Source of the DNA: an uncultured Gammaproteobacteria bacterium
Lineage (GTDB): Bacteria; Patescibacteriota; Microgenomatia; Levybacterales; UBA12049
Assembly: GCA_964416445.1 (NCBI GenBank)
Contig: CAYQEE010000001.1
Location: 131,676 to 195,675, forward strand
DNA: 64,000 nt
Reading direction: 5' to 3'
The notes beneath the pieces are model-generated. The model was given only the letters and a program-made list of their open reading frames with translations. It searched no databases and was not told where the DNA came from. Made by a program: the position numbers and the translations under genes. This document shows, one piece after another, positions 18,731-28,443 of the stretch; the stretch's first letter is position 1; each line of letters starts with the position of its first letter.

Positions 18731-20427
18731 GGTGGAGATATCTTCTCATTTTCATTTTATTTATTCTGTCATTCCTGAGTATATGGATGAAGCTTGGTTA
18801 TTGGCAATTAGTGAAAGCAGAAGAGCTGTCCAGTATGGGACAAGCGCAATATGCGCAATATTTAGAAATACCTCCGAATCGTGGTGATATTGAGACATCA
18901 GATACATTTCCATTTGTTACGAATAAGATGTCGTATCTTGTTTATGGCAATCCCAAATTAGTACAAGATGTTGCGAAACTGTCCCAAACGTTGGCTCCCT
19001 TTTTACAAAGTGATCCTGCATCGATAAGTGCAGAATTATCATTAAACCGTGTTTGGGTGCCATTAAGAACGGGAGTGGATAATACAGTGAAAGAACAAAT
19101 CGATGCGTTGCATATTCCTGGTATCGGTTTTCAAGAAACTCCATCTCGTTATTATCCTGAAGCTTCAATGGCAGCCCAATTAGTTGGTTTTGTTGGCAAA
19201 GATACTTTTGGTGAAGATAAAGGATATTTTGGGCTCGAAGGCTATTATGATTGGCAATTACGAGGAAGAGTTGGAAGAACAACAATTATTCATGACGCAT
19301 TTGGAAAACCGGTGCTTGCGAAATTAACAGAAAATTCAGGACAGCAAGATGGCAGAACACTTATTCTTCATGTCGACCGAAGGATTCAGTATTTGGTTGA
19401 ACAGCAATTATCAGCCGGTATTCAAAAATTTGGTGCACAGAGTGGCACTGCTGCTGTAATGGATCCCAAAACAGGTGGAATTCTTGCGATGGCGAGTTTT
19501 CCTTCATTTGATCCCCGTAATTTTTGGCAATACGACCAATCATTATATGTGAATCCTTTTATCACTGATACGTATGAGCCTGGTTCAACGTTTAAACCTT
19601 TAGTGATGGCTGCTGCATTTGATGCTGGCCTTTTGGTGCCAACAAGTACATGTCCTTCATGTTCAGGTCCTGCAGAAGTTGGCGGATATGCTATTCATAC
19701 ATGGGACGATAAGTACTTTCCCAATACAAATATGATCGATATTATGATCCACTCAGATAATACCGGAATGGTATATGTAGCACAAAAGCTTGGATTAAAT
19801 GGTATGCTGAGTTATTTACATAAATTTGGAATTGGTCAGCAAACAGGAATTGATTTACAAGGAGAATCATCGCCTGATTTAAAAGTACCTGATCAATGGT
19901 ATCCGGTTGATCTAGCGACAGCTGGGTTTGGGCAAGGATTAGCAGTAACTCCGATAGAACTCCTTGATGCTTTTTGCAGTATTGGCAATGGAGGAGCAAG
20001 AATGGAACCCCATGTAGTTTCACAAATTCATACTGCAGATGGGCAAACGATCACAATTCCTCCGAAAGTACTCGATCGACCAATTTCTCCCATTACCGCA
20101 AAAGTAATGACAGAAATATTAGTTGATACGGTAAATAAAGGAGAAGCAAGCTTCGCGAGATTGAAAGGGTACCGAATTGCAGGGAAAACAGGAACTGCAT
20201 CCATTGCAAAAGATGGACACTATGATAGTCGGAATACTATTGCCTCTTTTGAGGGATTAGTTCCGGCAGATAATCCGAAATTTTGTATGCTCGTTGTATT
20301 AAACCAACCGCAAGTGTCTATTTATGGTTCTGAAACAGCTGCCCCAATATTTTTTAATATTTCTCGTGATCTTTTAAATTATTATGGTATTATGCCAACA
20401 GAACCATTAACAACCACCAGTCAATAA
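18727..20427 (+). CDS. ftsI: Penicillin-binding protein (FtsI/PBP2-type transpeptidase)
   Basis: Transpeptidase motifs SxxK ('STFKP'), SxN ('HSDNTGM') and KTG ('GKTGTAS'). An N-terminal TM helix is present. Confidence 0.85.
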   Translation: MRWRYLLIFILFILSFLSIWMKLGYWQLVKAEELSSMGQAQYAQYLEIPPNRGDIETSDTFPFVTNKMSYLVYGNPKLVQDVAKLSQTLAPFLQSDPASISAELSLNRVWVPLRTGVDNTVKEQIDALHIPGIGFQETPSRYYPEASMAAQLVGFVGKDTFGEDKGYFGLEGYYDWQLRGRVGRTTIIHDAFGKPVLAKLTENSGQQDGRTLILHVDRRIQYLVEQQLSAGIQKFGAQSGTAAVMDPKTGGILAMASFPSFDPRNFWQYDQSLYVNPFITDTYEPGSTFKPLVMAAAFDAGLLVPTSTCPSCSGPAEVGGYAIHTWDDKYFPNTNMIDIMIHSDNTGMVYVAQKLGLNGMLSYLHKFGIGQQTGIDLQGESSPDLKVPDQWYPVDLATAGFGQGLAVTPIELLDAFCSIGNGGARMEPHVVSQIHTADGQTITIPPKVLDRPISPITAKVMTEILVDTVNKGEASFARLKGYRIAGKTGTASIAKDGHYDSRNTIASFEGLVPADNPKFCMLVVLNQPQVSIYGSETAAPIFFNISRDLLNYYGIMPTEPLTTTSQ

Positions 20428-20757
20428 TTAGCGAATTCCTGTTCCCGGATTAACTGGTGCTGTGGGAGCGAGAGGAAGAGGTTTGTCGCCTTCAGCAGCA
20501 AGTAACATTCCCTCTGAATATTCGTCCATCATTTTACGAGGTTCCAAGTTAATAATAAAGAGAAATGATGCGCCAATAAGTGATTCTGGAGTGTACCATT
20601 TTGCAATTCCTGAAAATATGGTTTTTTGACCTTCGTCTCCAAAATCAACGACCAGTCGTAATAATTTCTCTGATCCCTCTTTTTTAGTACAAGCAATGAT
20701 CTTTCCGATTCGAAGATCAAGCGATTCAAAAACGGAAAAAGGTATTACTGATTTCAT
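20428..20757 (-). CDS. tRNA-binding domain protein (CsaA/Myf-like)
   Basis: 'LDLRIGKIIACTKKEGSEKLLRLVVDFGDEGQKTIFSGIAKWYTPESLIG' matches the tRNA-binding OB-fold consensus. Confidence 0.7.
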   Translation of the reverse strand: MKSVIPFSVFESLDLRIGKIIACTKKEGSEKLLRLVVDFGDEGQKTIFSGIAKWYTPESLIGASFLFIINLEPRKMMDEYSEGMLLAAEGDKPLPLAPTAPVNPGTGIR

Positions 20758-20797
20758 ATTTGCATTATATGTATTTCTCTAACTGAGATCAAGCAGA

Positions 20798-21121
20798 TCA
20801 TTGAAACGAAAAGGCTATGGTATCAAACTTTTTTATTCTTTTTTCGATAATGGTATTTGCTGGTAATTCTAGAACAGTATGGAATTGTGGATTCCAAAAG
20901 TAACAACGATTAGGCATAAGCGATTTTTTATATGCAACAACTTGATTTTCATTATTGAGTATAACAACATCAATTGGAAAACGCATGCCGAAAGTATGAA
21001 TACCGAATCGTGTTGATAAGACGACTGACTCTGGAGTGGTTTTTCCTAATAATCCAATCGTTTGTTCAAGAAATGATGTCAATTTCCGAACGGTCAATAA
21101 ATGTGATGAAGTATTTGACAT
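20798..21121 (-). CDS. DUF192-like small protein
   Basis: 'FGIHTFGMRFPIDVVILNNENQVV' resembles the DUF192 core motif. Size is 107 aa. Confidence 0.45.
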   Translation of the reverse strand: MSNTSSHLLTVRKLTSFLEQTIGLLGKTTPESVVLSTRFGIHTFGMRFPIDVVILNNENQVVAYKKSLMPNRCYFWNPQFHTVLELPANTIIEKRIKKFDTIAFSFQ

Positions 21122-21150
21122 GTTTGTTTCGCTCTATTTACAATAGATAT

Positions 21151-21990
21151 ATGCGATTAGGTTTATTATACAAGTTTGTGCTGGTCAATTTGCTCATGAT
21201 TTTGCTCGCGTTCATATTACCGACTATCCCGCATATGCAGGTTGATGTCATTCTTATTCCAGCTACTTTTCTATTTGGAACAATTTATAGTTTTGAAATA
21301 TTTATTGTATTAGGAAATTTTTCTGAGTTAAAAAAATTACTTGCATCCGAAACGGCAAATCTTGTTTTTATTTATTATATTGCAAAAAGTATCGGCGATG
21401 GTTTTGCGAATGCAATTACTGAGAGAATCGAAAATTATACATTAACATCAATAGACTATTCATTAAAATATCATATCTCTTCAACAGATCAAGATTTCTT
21501 ATCAATTGCAGAACCAATTAAAACCGTAACAATACGAGGAGAAAGGCAGTCAGTTGCTCTCGAATCAATTAATAAAAGTTTTCATAAAATTGTGGAAGCA
21601 AGGTATCAACTCGGTCAAGTAGCTCCTCGAGAAATTGGATCAGGCGAATGGGCAATGCTCACGATACTTGGGTGTATTCTGATTGTGGTTCTTTTTTTGA
21701 GTAGGGGATCTGATGATATATCAAAAGTCTTTTCAGCAATTTTCTCGGCTACGGTAGTTGGAACATTAATCCTTCTTGATGAAGCAGATTCTAACCATAT
21801 TCAAGAAACACAACTGGAATATGAAATATTTAATCAGGTATTAGAAGATATGGGAAAAACTCGGTATTATCCAAAATTTGCGTTAAGAAAGAGACTGATT
21901 ACTCCCCCAAAAGGAAAACCATATCGTGTTGGCGTATTTCCTCAGTATCCAAATTTAACAAAAAGAGAAATTGAACTGGTGAATGCATAA
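21151..21990 (+). CDS. Hypothetical polytopic membrane protein; start moved to the internal ATG at 21151
   Basis: The track ORF start overlaps the upstream minus-strand gene. From 21151 onward there are TM helices and no recognisable domain. Confidence 0.45.
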   Translation: MRLGLLYKFVLVNLLMILLAFILPTIPHMQVDVILIPATFLFGTIYSFEIFIVLGNFSELKKLLASETANLVFIYYIAKSIGDGFANAITERIENYTLTSIDYSLKYHISSTDQDFLSIAEPIKTVTIRGERQSVALESINKSFHKIVEARYQLGQVAPREIGSGEWAMLTILGCILIVVLFLSRGSDDISKVFSAIFSATVVGTLILLDEADSNHIQETQLEYEIFNQVLEDMGKTRYYPKFALRKRLITPPKGKPYRVGVFPQYPNLTKREIELVNA

Positions 21991-21994
21991 GACA

Positions 21995-22573
21995 TTATTG
22001 ATGAATATAACGTTTGAGATACTGAATAATAAAATGATAATGTGTATAATAAATAGCAACATTAGCAAGTAAAAGTCCAGGAAAGATAATCAGTTTTTCA
22101 AAGAAACCTCCAGTTTTTATTCGTAAATGTTTTATCGGCGGAAATCCAAACTTAATTGGAATAGGAAATAACCACGGGACGCCTTCTCGAGTAATCGTGT
22201 CCATAATTAAGTGGGAAAAAAAACCAATCATAAAACTCCACCAAACAATGGTTTCGTCAACGACAATCGTATGTCTTGCAACAAAAAGTGCATAATGGAA
22301 GGCAAAACCGAAAAGCGCAAGTCCAACTAATGAATGTGAGATGAAACGATGGCCACCGAAAAGTGGTGCAATGATTTTCCCCCAAATAGTTCCTGCAGGA
22401 ACCTCATGCCAAAGTTTTGCAGTAGGCTGATCAATATCAGGGGCAAGCCCTCCAATAAGATTTGCTGCAAGAGCAATCATGAGCGTACCAAGAGATAGCG
22501 TATGTACTGGTTCAAAGAAAATAACAAACGAGACAGCGGTAAATGCTGCTAAATCATGTGTTCGGCCAGTCAT
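21995..22573 (-). CDS. Membrane-bound metal-dependent hydrolase (DUF457/YdjM-like); start at the internal ATG at 22573
   Basis: 'MTGRTHDLAAFTAVSFV' and multiple intramembrane His residues are typical of DUF457. The 5' extension of the ORF is AT-rich and unlikely to be coding. Confidence 0.5.
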   Translation of the reverse strand: MTGRTHDLAAFTAVSFVIFFEPVHTLSLGTLMIALAANLIGGLAPDIDQPTAKLWHEVPAGTIWGKIIAPLFGGHRFISHSLVGLALFGFAFHYALFVARHTIVVDETIVWWSFMIGFFSHLIMDTITREGVPWLFPIPIKFGFPPIKHLRIKTGGFFEKLIIFPGLLLANVAIYYTHYHFIIQYLKRYIHQ

Positions 22574-22754
22574 ATATACTATAATACATAATTTTGCTTT
22601 CCGTTGTGAAGTTTTTTTCTTTTCGTAATAATTTTGTAGGATTTCTGTAATAAAAAATATAAAATTGATATTATTCGTATCTTTTTTATTCATATTGTTA
22701 TACATAATATATCTTGACCAATTGTCGAATCGTTTGATAGCGTTATAGGTCTAC

Positions 22755-24290
22755 ATGGTTACACAAAAATATAGTCTCCTTATTAGAGCAATTTTTATAT
22801 TATTTTTCTTCACTGTTGCTGCAATATACCCGCAAAGAAGTCGTGCTGCACAGCTATCATTATTGCCGTTGGGATGGCATTTAACTGCTTCTCGGGGACC
22901 TGCACAAGCGTACCAAACTGTTGATAGAACAATCTTGCAAAATGCGCAAACTATCGGTATAACCTATAATTTACATGGTCTTTGTCTTATTCCTGGTGAT
23001 GCATCAGCAATCATTTTTGATCAAAATGGTTGGAAATATATTTCTCTTGCGAATTATGGGAAAAATTGTTTTGAAGGTAATCAAACGGTAACAATTCCAC
23101 TTACACATTTTAAAGATATTGTAACGAATCAGCCATTGAACCCTAACCGTCCATTAACCGGTTCTCTTCATACGCGATTTTGGAGTACAAATGTCTATGC
23201 GGTTGATATTCGAACAATTGATGTTATAACAACACAACCAGTATCTCAAGCAAATGTTACACCATCACTTCCGGTAAGTACTGTCGTGCTTACACCACTG
23301 ACAACACCTTCACATCCTTCTCAAAAACCAACGTTGCAACCCAGTCTCCTTACCCCAACACCCGTTCCTGTAGACACCCTTCCTTCATGGACGATTAAAA
23401 GTGTTGATGCAATGAAATACACGAAGGATGCTGTTTGTAGTCCGGTTTCATCTTCTTGGATAGACACATGGGTAGCTAAGGCAGCAAATGTCGGTGCCAA
23501 TTTTATTGCCATTTCAACTCCTTATGATAATCCTGATTGTGGTGATAGTGTTGCCTATACAAAAATGTGGGTAAACGCTATTCGATCACATGGGTTGCAT
23601 GTATGGTTTCGACAAATGCCGTTAGCATTTGAAGGTATTTATAGAGTTCAGAAATCAACTTCGACGACCTATCTCGATCAGATTGCACATTATATTTTTG
23701 CAAATAAAAATAATTATCAATCGGGAGATATTTTCACACCAATACCTGAACCACAAAATGGAGGAATTGGCGGCGTAACGTATTGTCCAAATAATCAGTG
23801 TGAATTTTCCAGTAAAGAAGCATTCAATCAGTGGTTGCGCGACGCAATGACTATTTCAAAGAATGCTTTTACTCAGGCAGGTATTTCAGGAGTACAGGTT
23901 GGATTTTTTGGATTTGATGGCTTTATCGCATGGGGAGATCATAATCCAGATTGGCACGGAATTTTGGAAGATAAAACGGTACAGGCAATGGGGAATATTA
24001 CGATTGACCATTATCCAGAAGCAATTGGGGAAACAATGCAACAAGGTTTAGATTCATTACAAGCCAAGTACCCACGGATACCTATAATCATTGGTGAATG
24101 GGGCACTGTTACAGGTGGGAATGTGGTTGCGCAAGTGAAAACGAGTATGGGAGCAGCAAAAAGGCCGAATGTTATTGGATTTAATTATTGGCAGTTTGGC
24201 CCGGGAGGAAGTGGAGAACAGCTGATTAATAGTGATTTTTCTTCACGAGAACAATTCAGTGCTGTGCAATCATTTTATCAATTACGGTAA
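22755..24290 (+). CDS. Secreted protein with an N-terminal signal peptide, a Pro/Thr-rich linker and a C-terminal domain with clan GH-A-like glycoside hydrolase motifs
   Basis: Signal peptide 'LLIRAIFILFFFTVAAIYP', then a PT-rich linker at residues ~170-215. 'IIIGEWG' is a candidate nucleophile motif and 'IPEPQ' a candidate acid/base motif. Confidence 0.45.
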   Translation: MVTQKYSLLIRAIFILFFFTVAAIYPQRSRAAQLSLLPLGWHLTASRGPAQAYQTVDRTILQNAQTIGITYNLHGLCLIPGDASAIIFDQNGWKYISLANYGKNCFEGNQTVTIPLTHFKDIVTNQPLNPNRPLTGSLHTRFWSTNVYAVDIRTIDVITTQPVSQANVTPSLPVSTVVLTPLTTPSHPSQKPTLQPSLLTPTPVPVDTLPSWTIKSVDAMKYTKDAVCSPVSSSWIDTWVAKAANVGANFIAISTPYDNPDCGDSVAYTKMWVNAIRSHGLHVWFRQMPLAFEGIYRVQKSTSTTYLDQIAHYIFANKNNYQSGDIFTPIPEPQNGGIGGVTYCPNNQCEFSSKEAFNQWLRDAMTISKNAFTQAGISGVQVGFFGFDGFIAWGDHNPDWHGILEDKTVQAMGNITIDHYPEAIGETMQQGLDSLQAKYPRIPIIIGEWGTVTGGNVVAQVKTSMGAAKRPNVIGFNYWQFGPGGSGEQLINSDFSSREQFSAVQSFYQLR

Positions 24291-24310
24291 TAGTCTCAAA
24301 AACGAAGTGA

Positions 24311-25696
24311 TTACCAGGAAAATGGTAGTTGAAATAATTTTTTATCAACGCAATATTGTAATCGGTTCAAAATTGCGGAAGGATACTCTTTTGAGAGAAA
24401 ATCAAACTTGGGGCGGTAATACATATTTGCCATAGAAAATTGCGATACATAGTGATACAGCGTTTCTACCGATGCTGTTAATGTTTGTTGAGAAGCAGTA
24501 ACTGGTGAAACATGCATATCATATCCTGTGGTATAGAAGGACTCGTTTTTTTGGTAAATATCATATGGCCAATAATGCTTCGCTAAATGAGAAGGGTATT
24601 GTATTGATAAGTCTGCTTGAGGACGTCCTGTGGTTGGGTCATTGAGTAAATTAAATAGCATAAGAGAAACGCCAATTGTTCCTATTGTGTAGGGGTTTTC
24701 CTTTCGTACTACTTTTTCATAAAAATCATTCATGCTTGGTAGCTGTTCAAACATCGTAAACGTCGAATTATATCCTAAACGGTTTGGGCAAAATTCGCCA
24801 AAATAGATTGCATCAGTTTCTTGGTCAATTAAGAGCGATGCATCCCAAATAAATAGTCCTTGGTGTTTTTTTGCCAATTCATCAACAATGGGTGGAAATG
24901 CAATATCATGAATTTTCCCTTGCATTGGTAACGGGAAAACAATATCTCCTGCAGAGCCAACTTGGAAGGAAATGTTACCGCTCCCGATGAATTTATTTTC
25001 TATCATGAGGTTCATTCCCAGTGGAACACCATCATAATAGATTTTTTCAGGAGTTATTTCGATGACTGAAGGGATTTTTTTTTCTAAAAAAAATCCAGAA
25101 TTTTCATATGCTTCTTGATGAATAAGTAGATTCTCAATAATGTGTTTTGTTGCCACGTGAGGATTTTCGGTGTGCGGAAGGAATGTAGGAATTGCTTCTG
25201 TTTGACTTTTAAGTACCCAGACATGTTTCGTATTTTTCAGAAATGATATCGCGTCTGCAACTCGTTGGAATGGTTGTTTCTCTGCAACCAGTAATTCTGA
25301 GTAATGCGAAAGAACAAAATCTTTTGCAAGGTTTCGATCAATTTCAAAAAGTCTATTTTGCATGGTAGGAAATTGACCATGAAATCCTAACTTCTTTACT
25401 TTTTCAGCGTAATAATATAAGGTATTAGATTCACAAATCACAAAATAATTTTGCGGATCAGGTATTTTTTTTAATTGACTAATCAAGGTGTCAGCAGGAA
25501 TTTTTTCAATCATATTGTCATATCGCATGAGGCGATGCTTTGTATCATAGCTATCTTCTTCGTTTTGTAATGCTTCAGAGGTGATAATGCCTTTATCATT
25601 TTGTACTTGTCCAACAATCACTTCATGTCCTTCTTGTTGTAAATGGTAAGCTAAAGCGAGTCCATTTCCTTCGTACGTAAATACAATATATTTCAT
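24311..25696 (-). CDS. PurD-like ATP-grasp ligase, paralog 1 of 2; function unknown
   Basis: A PurD-like N-domain 'MKYIVFTYEGNGLALAYHL'. The ATP-grasp core 'VWVLKSQTE ... FFLEKKIPSVIEITPEKIYYDG ... GSGNIS' is present. 'YFGEFCPNRLGYNS' corresponds to the PurD 'LEFNxRFGDPE' motif. Confidence 0.55.
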   Translation of the reverse strand: MKYIVFTYEGNGLALAYHLQQEGHEVIVGQVQNDKGIITSEALQNEEDSYDTKHRLMRYDNMIEKIPADTLISQLKKIPDPQNYFVICESNTLYYYAEKVKKLGFHGQFPTMQNRLFEIDRNLAKDFVLSHYSELLVAEKQPFQRVADAISFLKNTKHVWVLKSQTEAIPTFLPHTENPHVATKHIIENLLIHQEAYENSGFFLEKKIPSVIEITPEKIYYDGVPLGMNLMIENKFIGSGNISFQVGSAGDIVFPLPMQGKIHDIAFPPIVDELAKKHQGLFIWDASLLIDQETDAIYFGEFCPNRLGYNSTFTMFEQLPSMNDFYEKVVRKENPYTIGTIGVSLMLFNLLNDPTTGRPQADLSIQYPSHLAKHYWPYDIYQKNESFYTTGYDMHVSPVTASQQTLTASVETLYHYVSQFSMANMYYRPKFDFLSKEYPSAILNRLQYCVDKKLFQLPFSW

Positions 25697-25697
25697 A

Positions 25698-27101
25698 TTA
25701 AAAGGTTACCGGAAAAGGAAGGGTATATAATTTTTTCTGTAATCCATATCGTAAGCGATTTAATATTGATGTTGAGTAGTCCATTGATAAATAATCTGAT
25801 TTTGGTCGGTAATACACACCTGCTAGTGAAAAATTTTCAACATTTCGAAAAAGATGTCTGACTGATTCATCAATTGTTTTTCCAGATCCTGTAATTAAAG
25901 AAAGATACCAATCAGTGCCAACTATTCTCATCTTATCATTTTTCTTTTTTTTGTACACATCGAACGGCCAGACATCTTTTTGAATCATTTCCGGATAATT
26001 AATTGATGCTCCTGAAAGAATATGACGTTCATGGGGATCACGGGAAAGATTAAAGAGCGTGACTGAAGACCCAACGGTTCCTAAAGTAAATGGATTTTTC
26101 TTTTTGACAACTGATTCAAAAAAATGACTTGTTGATGGTAATTGAGCCAGTTCGGTAAAAAACGAATTGTATCCGACTCGATTTGGACAAAACTCACCAA
26201 AATAAACAATGCCTGTGTGTTTATCAATTAATAGTGATGCGTCCCAAATAAAAAGCCCTTTATGTCTTTTCGCTAATCGGTCCACAATTGGAGGAAAACA
26301 AATATCATGTATTTTACTTTCCATACTTATTGGAAAAACAAGATCTGCTGCACAGTAGGTTTGGATTGAAAGGTTACCACTACCAATCGGTTTATTCTCA
26401 AAATTAATGGTCATTCCTAATGGAACGCCGTCGTAATAAATTTTCTCCGGAGTGATTTCAACAACTGACGGAATTTTACGTTCAAGTATAAATCCGGCCT
26501 CTTCATAATAGTCTTTAAATGCTTCCATATTTTCAATGACTTGTCTTTTGGCAAGCTCGACATTATTCGTTGTCGGAACAAATGTTTGTGAGATTTCTGT
26601 TTTTCCTTTCAGTACCCAAACCGTTTGGGAATCTTTGAGAAATTTCTTTGCACGGTTTATTGTGCGAAATTCTTCTTTTTCAGCGATTTGTACTGATGGA
26701 TAATATTTTTTTACAAAATTTTTCGAATAGTCTCGGTCAACTTCAAATAAACGATCTTGTTCAGTAGGAAAAATTCCATGAAATCCTAAATCTTTTATTG
26801 CGTCAGCGTAACGAAAAAGATTATTAAAATCAAAGAAGACGAAATAATCGTGTGGATTTTTAATTCGACGCATTCGTTTAATAAGTGTATCAGCGGGAAC
26901 CCGTTCAACGATATTTTTATAGAGTGAAAGGCGACGTTTCTTAGTAAACGCACTTTCTTCGCCGTTTCTTCTTTTTTCTTCTTTAGTTAATGTTGATTTA
27001 AAATCATCAACATGTCCGATAATTACTTCATTTCCTTCATCCTGGAGATGTTTTGCTAGGGGGTAACCATAGCCATCAAACGTGAAGATAATATATTTCA
27101 T
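25698..27101 (-). CDS. PurD-like ATP-grasp ligase, paralog 2 of 2; a tandem duplicate roughly half identical to its neighbour
   Basis: Same motif set as paralog 1: 'VWVLKGKTE', 'FILERKIPSVVEITPEKIYYDGVPLGM', 'YFGEFCPNRVGYNS'. The gap to its neighbour is 1 nt. Confidence 0.55.
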   Translation of the reverse strand: MKYIIFTFDGYGYPLAKHLQDEGNEVIIGHVDDFKSTLTKEEKRRNGEESAFTKKRRLSLYKNIVERVPADTLIKRMRRIKNPHDYFVFFDFNNLFRYADAIKDLGFHGIFPTEQDRLFEVDRDYSKNFVKKYYPSVQIAEKEEFRTINRAKKFLKDSQTVWVLKGKTEISQTFVPTTNNVELAKRQVIENMEAFKDYYEEAGFILERKIPSVVEITPEKIYYDGVPLGMTINFENKPIGSGNLSIQTYCAADLVFPISMESKIHDICFPPIVDRLAKRHKGLFIWDASLLIDKHTGIVYFGEFCPNRVGYNSFFTELAQLPSTSHFFESVVKKKNPFTLGTVGSSVTLFNLSRDPHERHILSGASINYPEMIQKDVWPFDVYKKKKNDKMRIVGTDWYLSLITGSGKTIDESVRHLFRNVENFSLAGVYYRPKSDYLSMDYSTSILNRLRYGLQKKLYTLPFPVTF

Positions 27102-27162
27102 TAATAACTTATAATGTTAAACGAATCTCAGCGGGAAATCAATATTAGATTTACTCTTCCTG

Positions 27163-28443
27163 GTGTTCTTTTGCTATCAGGGATATAATACGATCATGTG
27201 GCAACAAGCTAAAAATATTTATCACTTACTTATTTCCTTTTTTGTGAATCTTTCTCAAGGATTTCCAGGGCGGAAATTAATTGTCATTGGGGTTACAGGG
27301 ACAAGTGGGAAAACAACCACGTCGCATATGCTCTATGAAGTTCTGAGAGCGTCAGGAAAACAAGTTGCATTAATTTCGTCAATAAAAGCAGTAATTGGCG
27401 GAAAAGATATTGATACAGGATTTCATGTTACAACGCCAGGCCCGGATGTATTACCAAAATATTTACATCAAGCAGTCGAAGCTCATGATCACTATGTTGT
27501 TCTTGAAGTTTCTTCTCATGCGCTTGATCAAAATCGAGCAGCATTTATTCCTTTTCATATAGGAGTTTTAACGACGCTTGCCCATGAACACTTGGATTAC
27601 CATAAGACATTTCTCAATTATGCAAAAGCGAAATTTAAGTTACTCCACAGAGCAAAAACTGCTGTAATTCCTGAGAAAAGTATTCCGCTTGATATTAAAA
27701 AAGGGGTACATTATGAAAAACTTAAAAAGGTCGTAACGTTTGGATTGTCACAAGGACAAGTAACTCAATCAGAATGGCAATTGCGCCTGAAAGTCCCAGG
27801 AGATTATAATCTCCTGAATGCACTTGCAGCAGCTGCAGTTGGAGAACTTCTCCATATTCCCCATGATAGTATTAAAAAAACGTTAGAAAACTTTTCTGCA
27901 ATTCCGGGGAGGTTTGAAGAAATTCCTAATGCATTTGGTTTTCGAGTTATTATTGATTTTGCTCATAAACCCGATGCGTTAGAAGAAGTTTTGAAAACAG
28001 CACGAAAACAAGTAACAACAAATGGGAGAATTATTGTCATGTATGGATGTGCAAGCCAGCGTGATGTATTAAAACGGCCTATTATGGGAAAAATAAGTGG
28101 AGAACTTGCTGAAATCACTGTTTTAACTGATGAAGATCCACGACTGGAAAATTCTATGAAAATTATCAACGAGATAGCACAAGGTTGTCTTGAAGCACAC
28201 GCAAAAGAAATATCCGCGAGAGCGCATCAACCTTCAACAAAAACACATGTTTTTTATAAAATACCAAACCGAAAAGAAGCAATTATCTTTATCATAACGA
28301 AACTTGCAAGAAAAGATGATATTATACTGTTTTGTGGAAAAGGTCATGAACAATCGATGAATTATCATGGAATTGAAACACCTTGGAATGAACATCTTGT
28401 TGTTGCTAATGCATTAGCCATGTATGGAGAAAAAAAACATTAA
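27163..28443 (+). CDS. MurE-like Mur ligase lacking the N-terminal UDP-binding domain
   Basis: P-loop 'GVTGTSGKTTTS' sits at residue ~45. 'LAHEHLDYHKTF', 'GRFEEI', 'DFAHKPDALEEVL' and 'GCASQRDVLKRPIMG' are Mur ligase motifs. C-terminal 'GKGHEQ' is MurE-like. Only 61 nt separate it from the divergent upstream gene, so there is no room for a canonical N-domain. Confidence 0.6.
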   Translation: MFFCYQGYNTIMWQQAKNIYHLLISFFVNLSQGFPGRKLIVIGVTGTSGKTTTSHMLYEVLRASGKQVALISSIKAVIGGKDIDTGFHVTTPGPDVLPKYLHQAVEAHDHYVVLEVSSHALDQNRAAFIPFHIGVLTTLAHEHLDYHKTFLNYAKAKFKLLHRAKTAVIPEKSIPLDIKKGVHYEKLKKVVTFGLSQGQVTQSEWQLRLKVPGDYNLLNALAAAAVGELLHIPHDSIKKTLENFSAIPGRFEEIPNAFGFRVIIDFAHKPDALEEVLKTARKQVTTNGRIIVMYGCASQRDVLKRPIMGKISGELAEITVLTDEDPRLENSMKIINEIAQGCLEAHAKEISARAHQPSTKTHVFYKIPNRKEAIIFIITKLARKDDIILFCGKGHEQSMNYHGIETPWNEHLVVANALAMYGEKKH

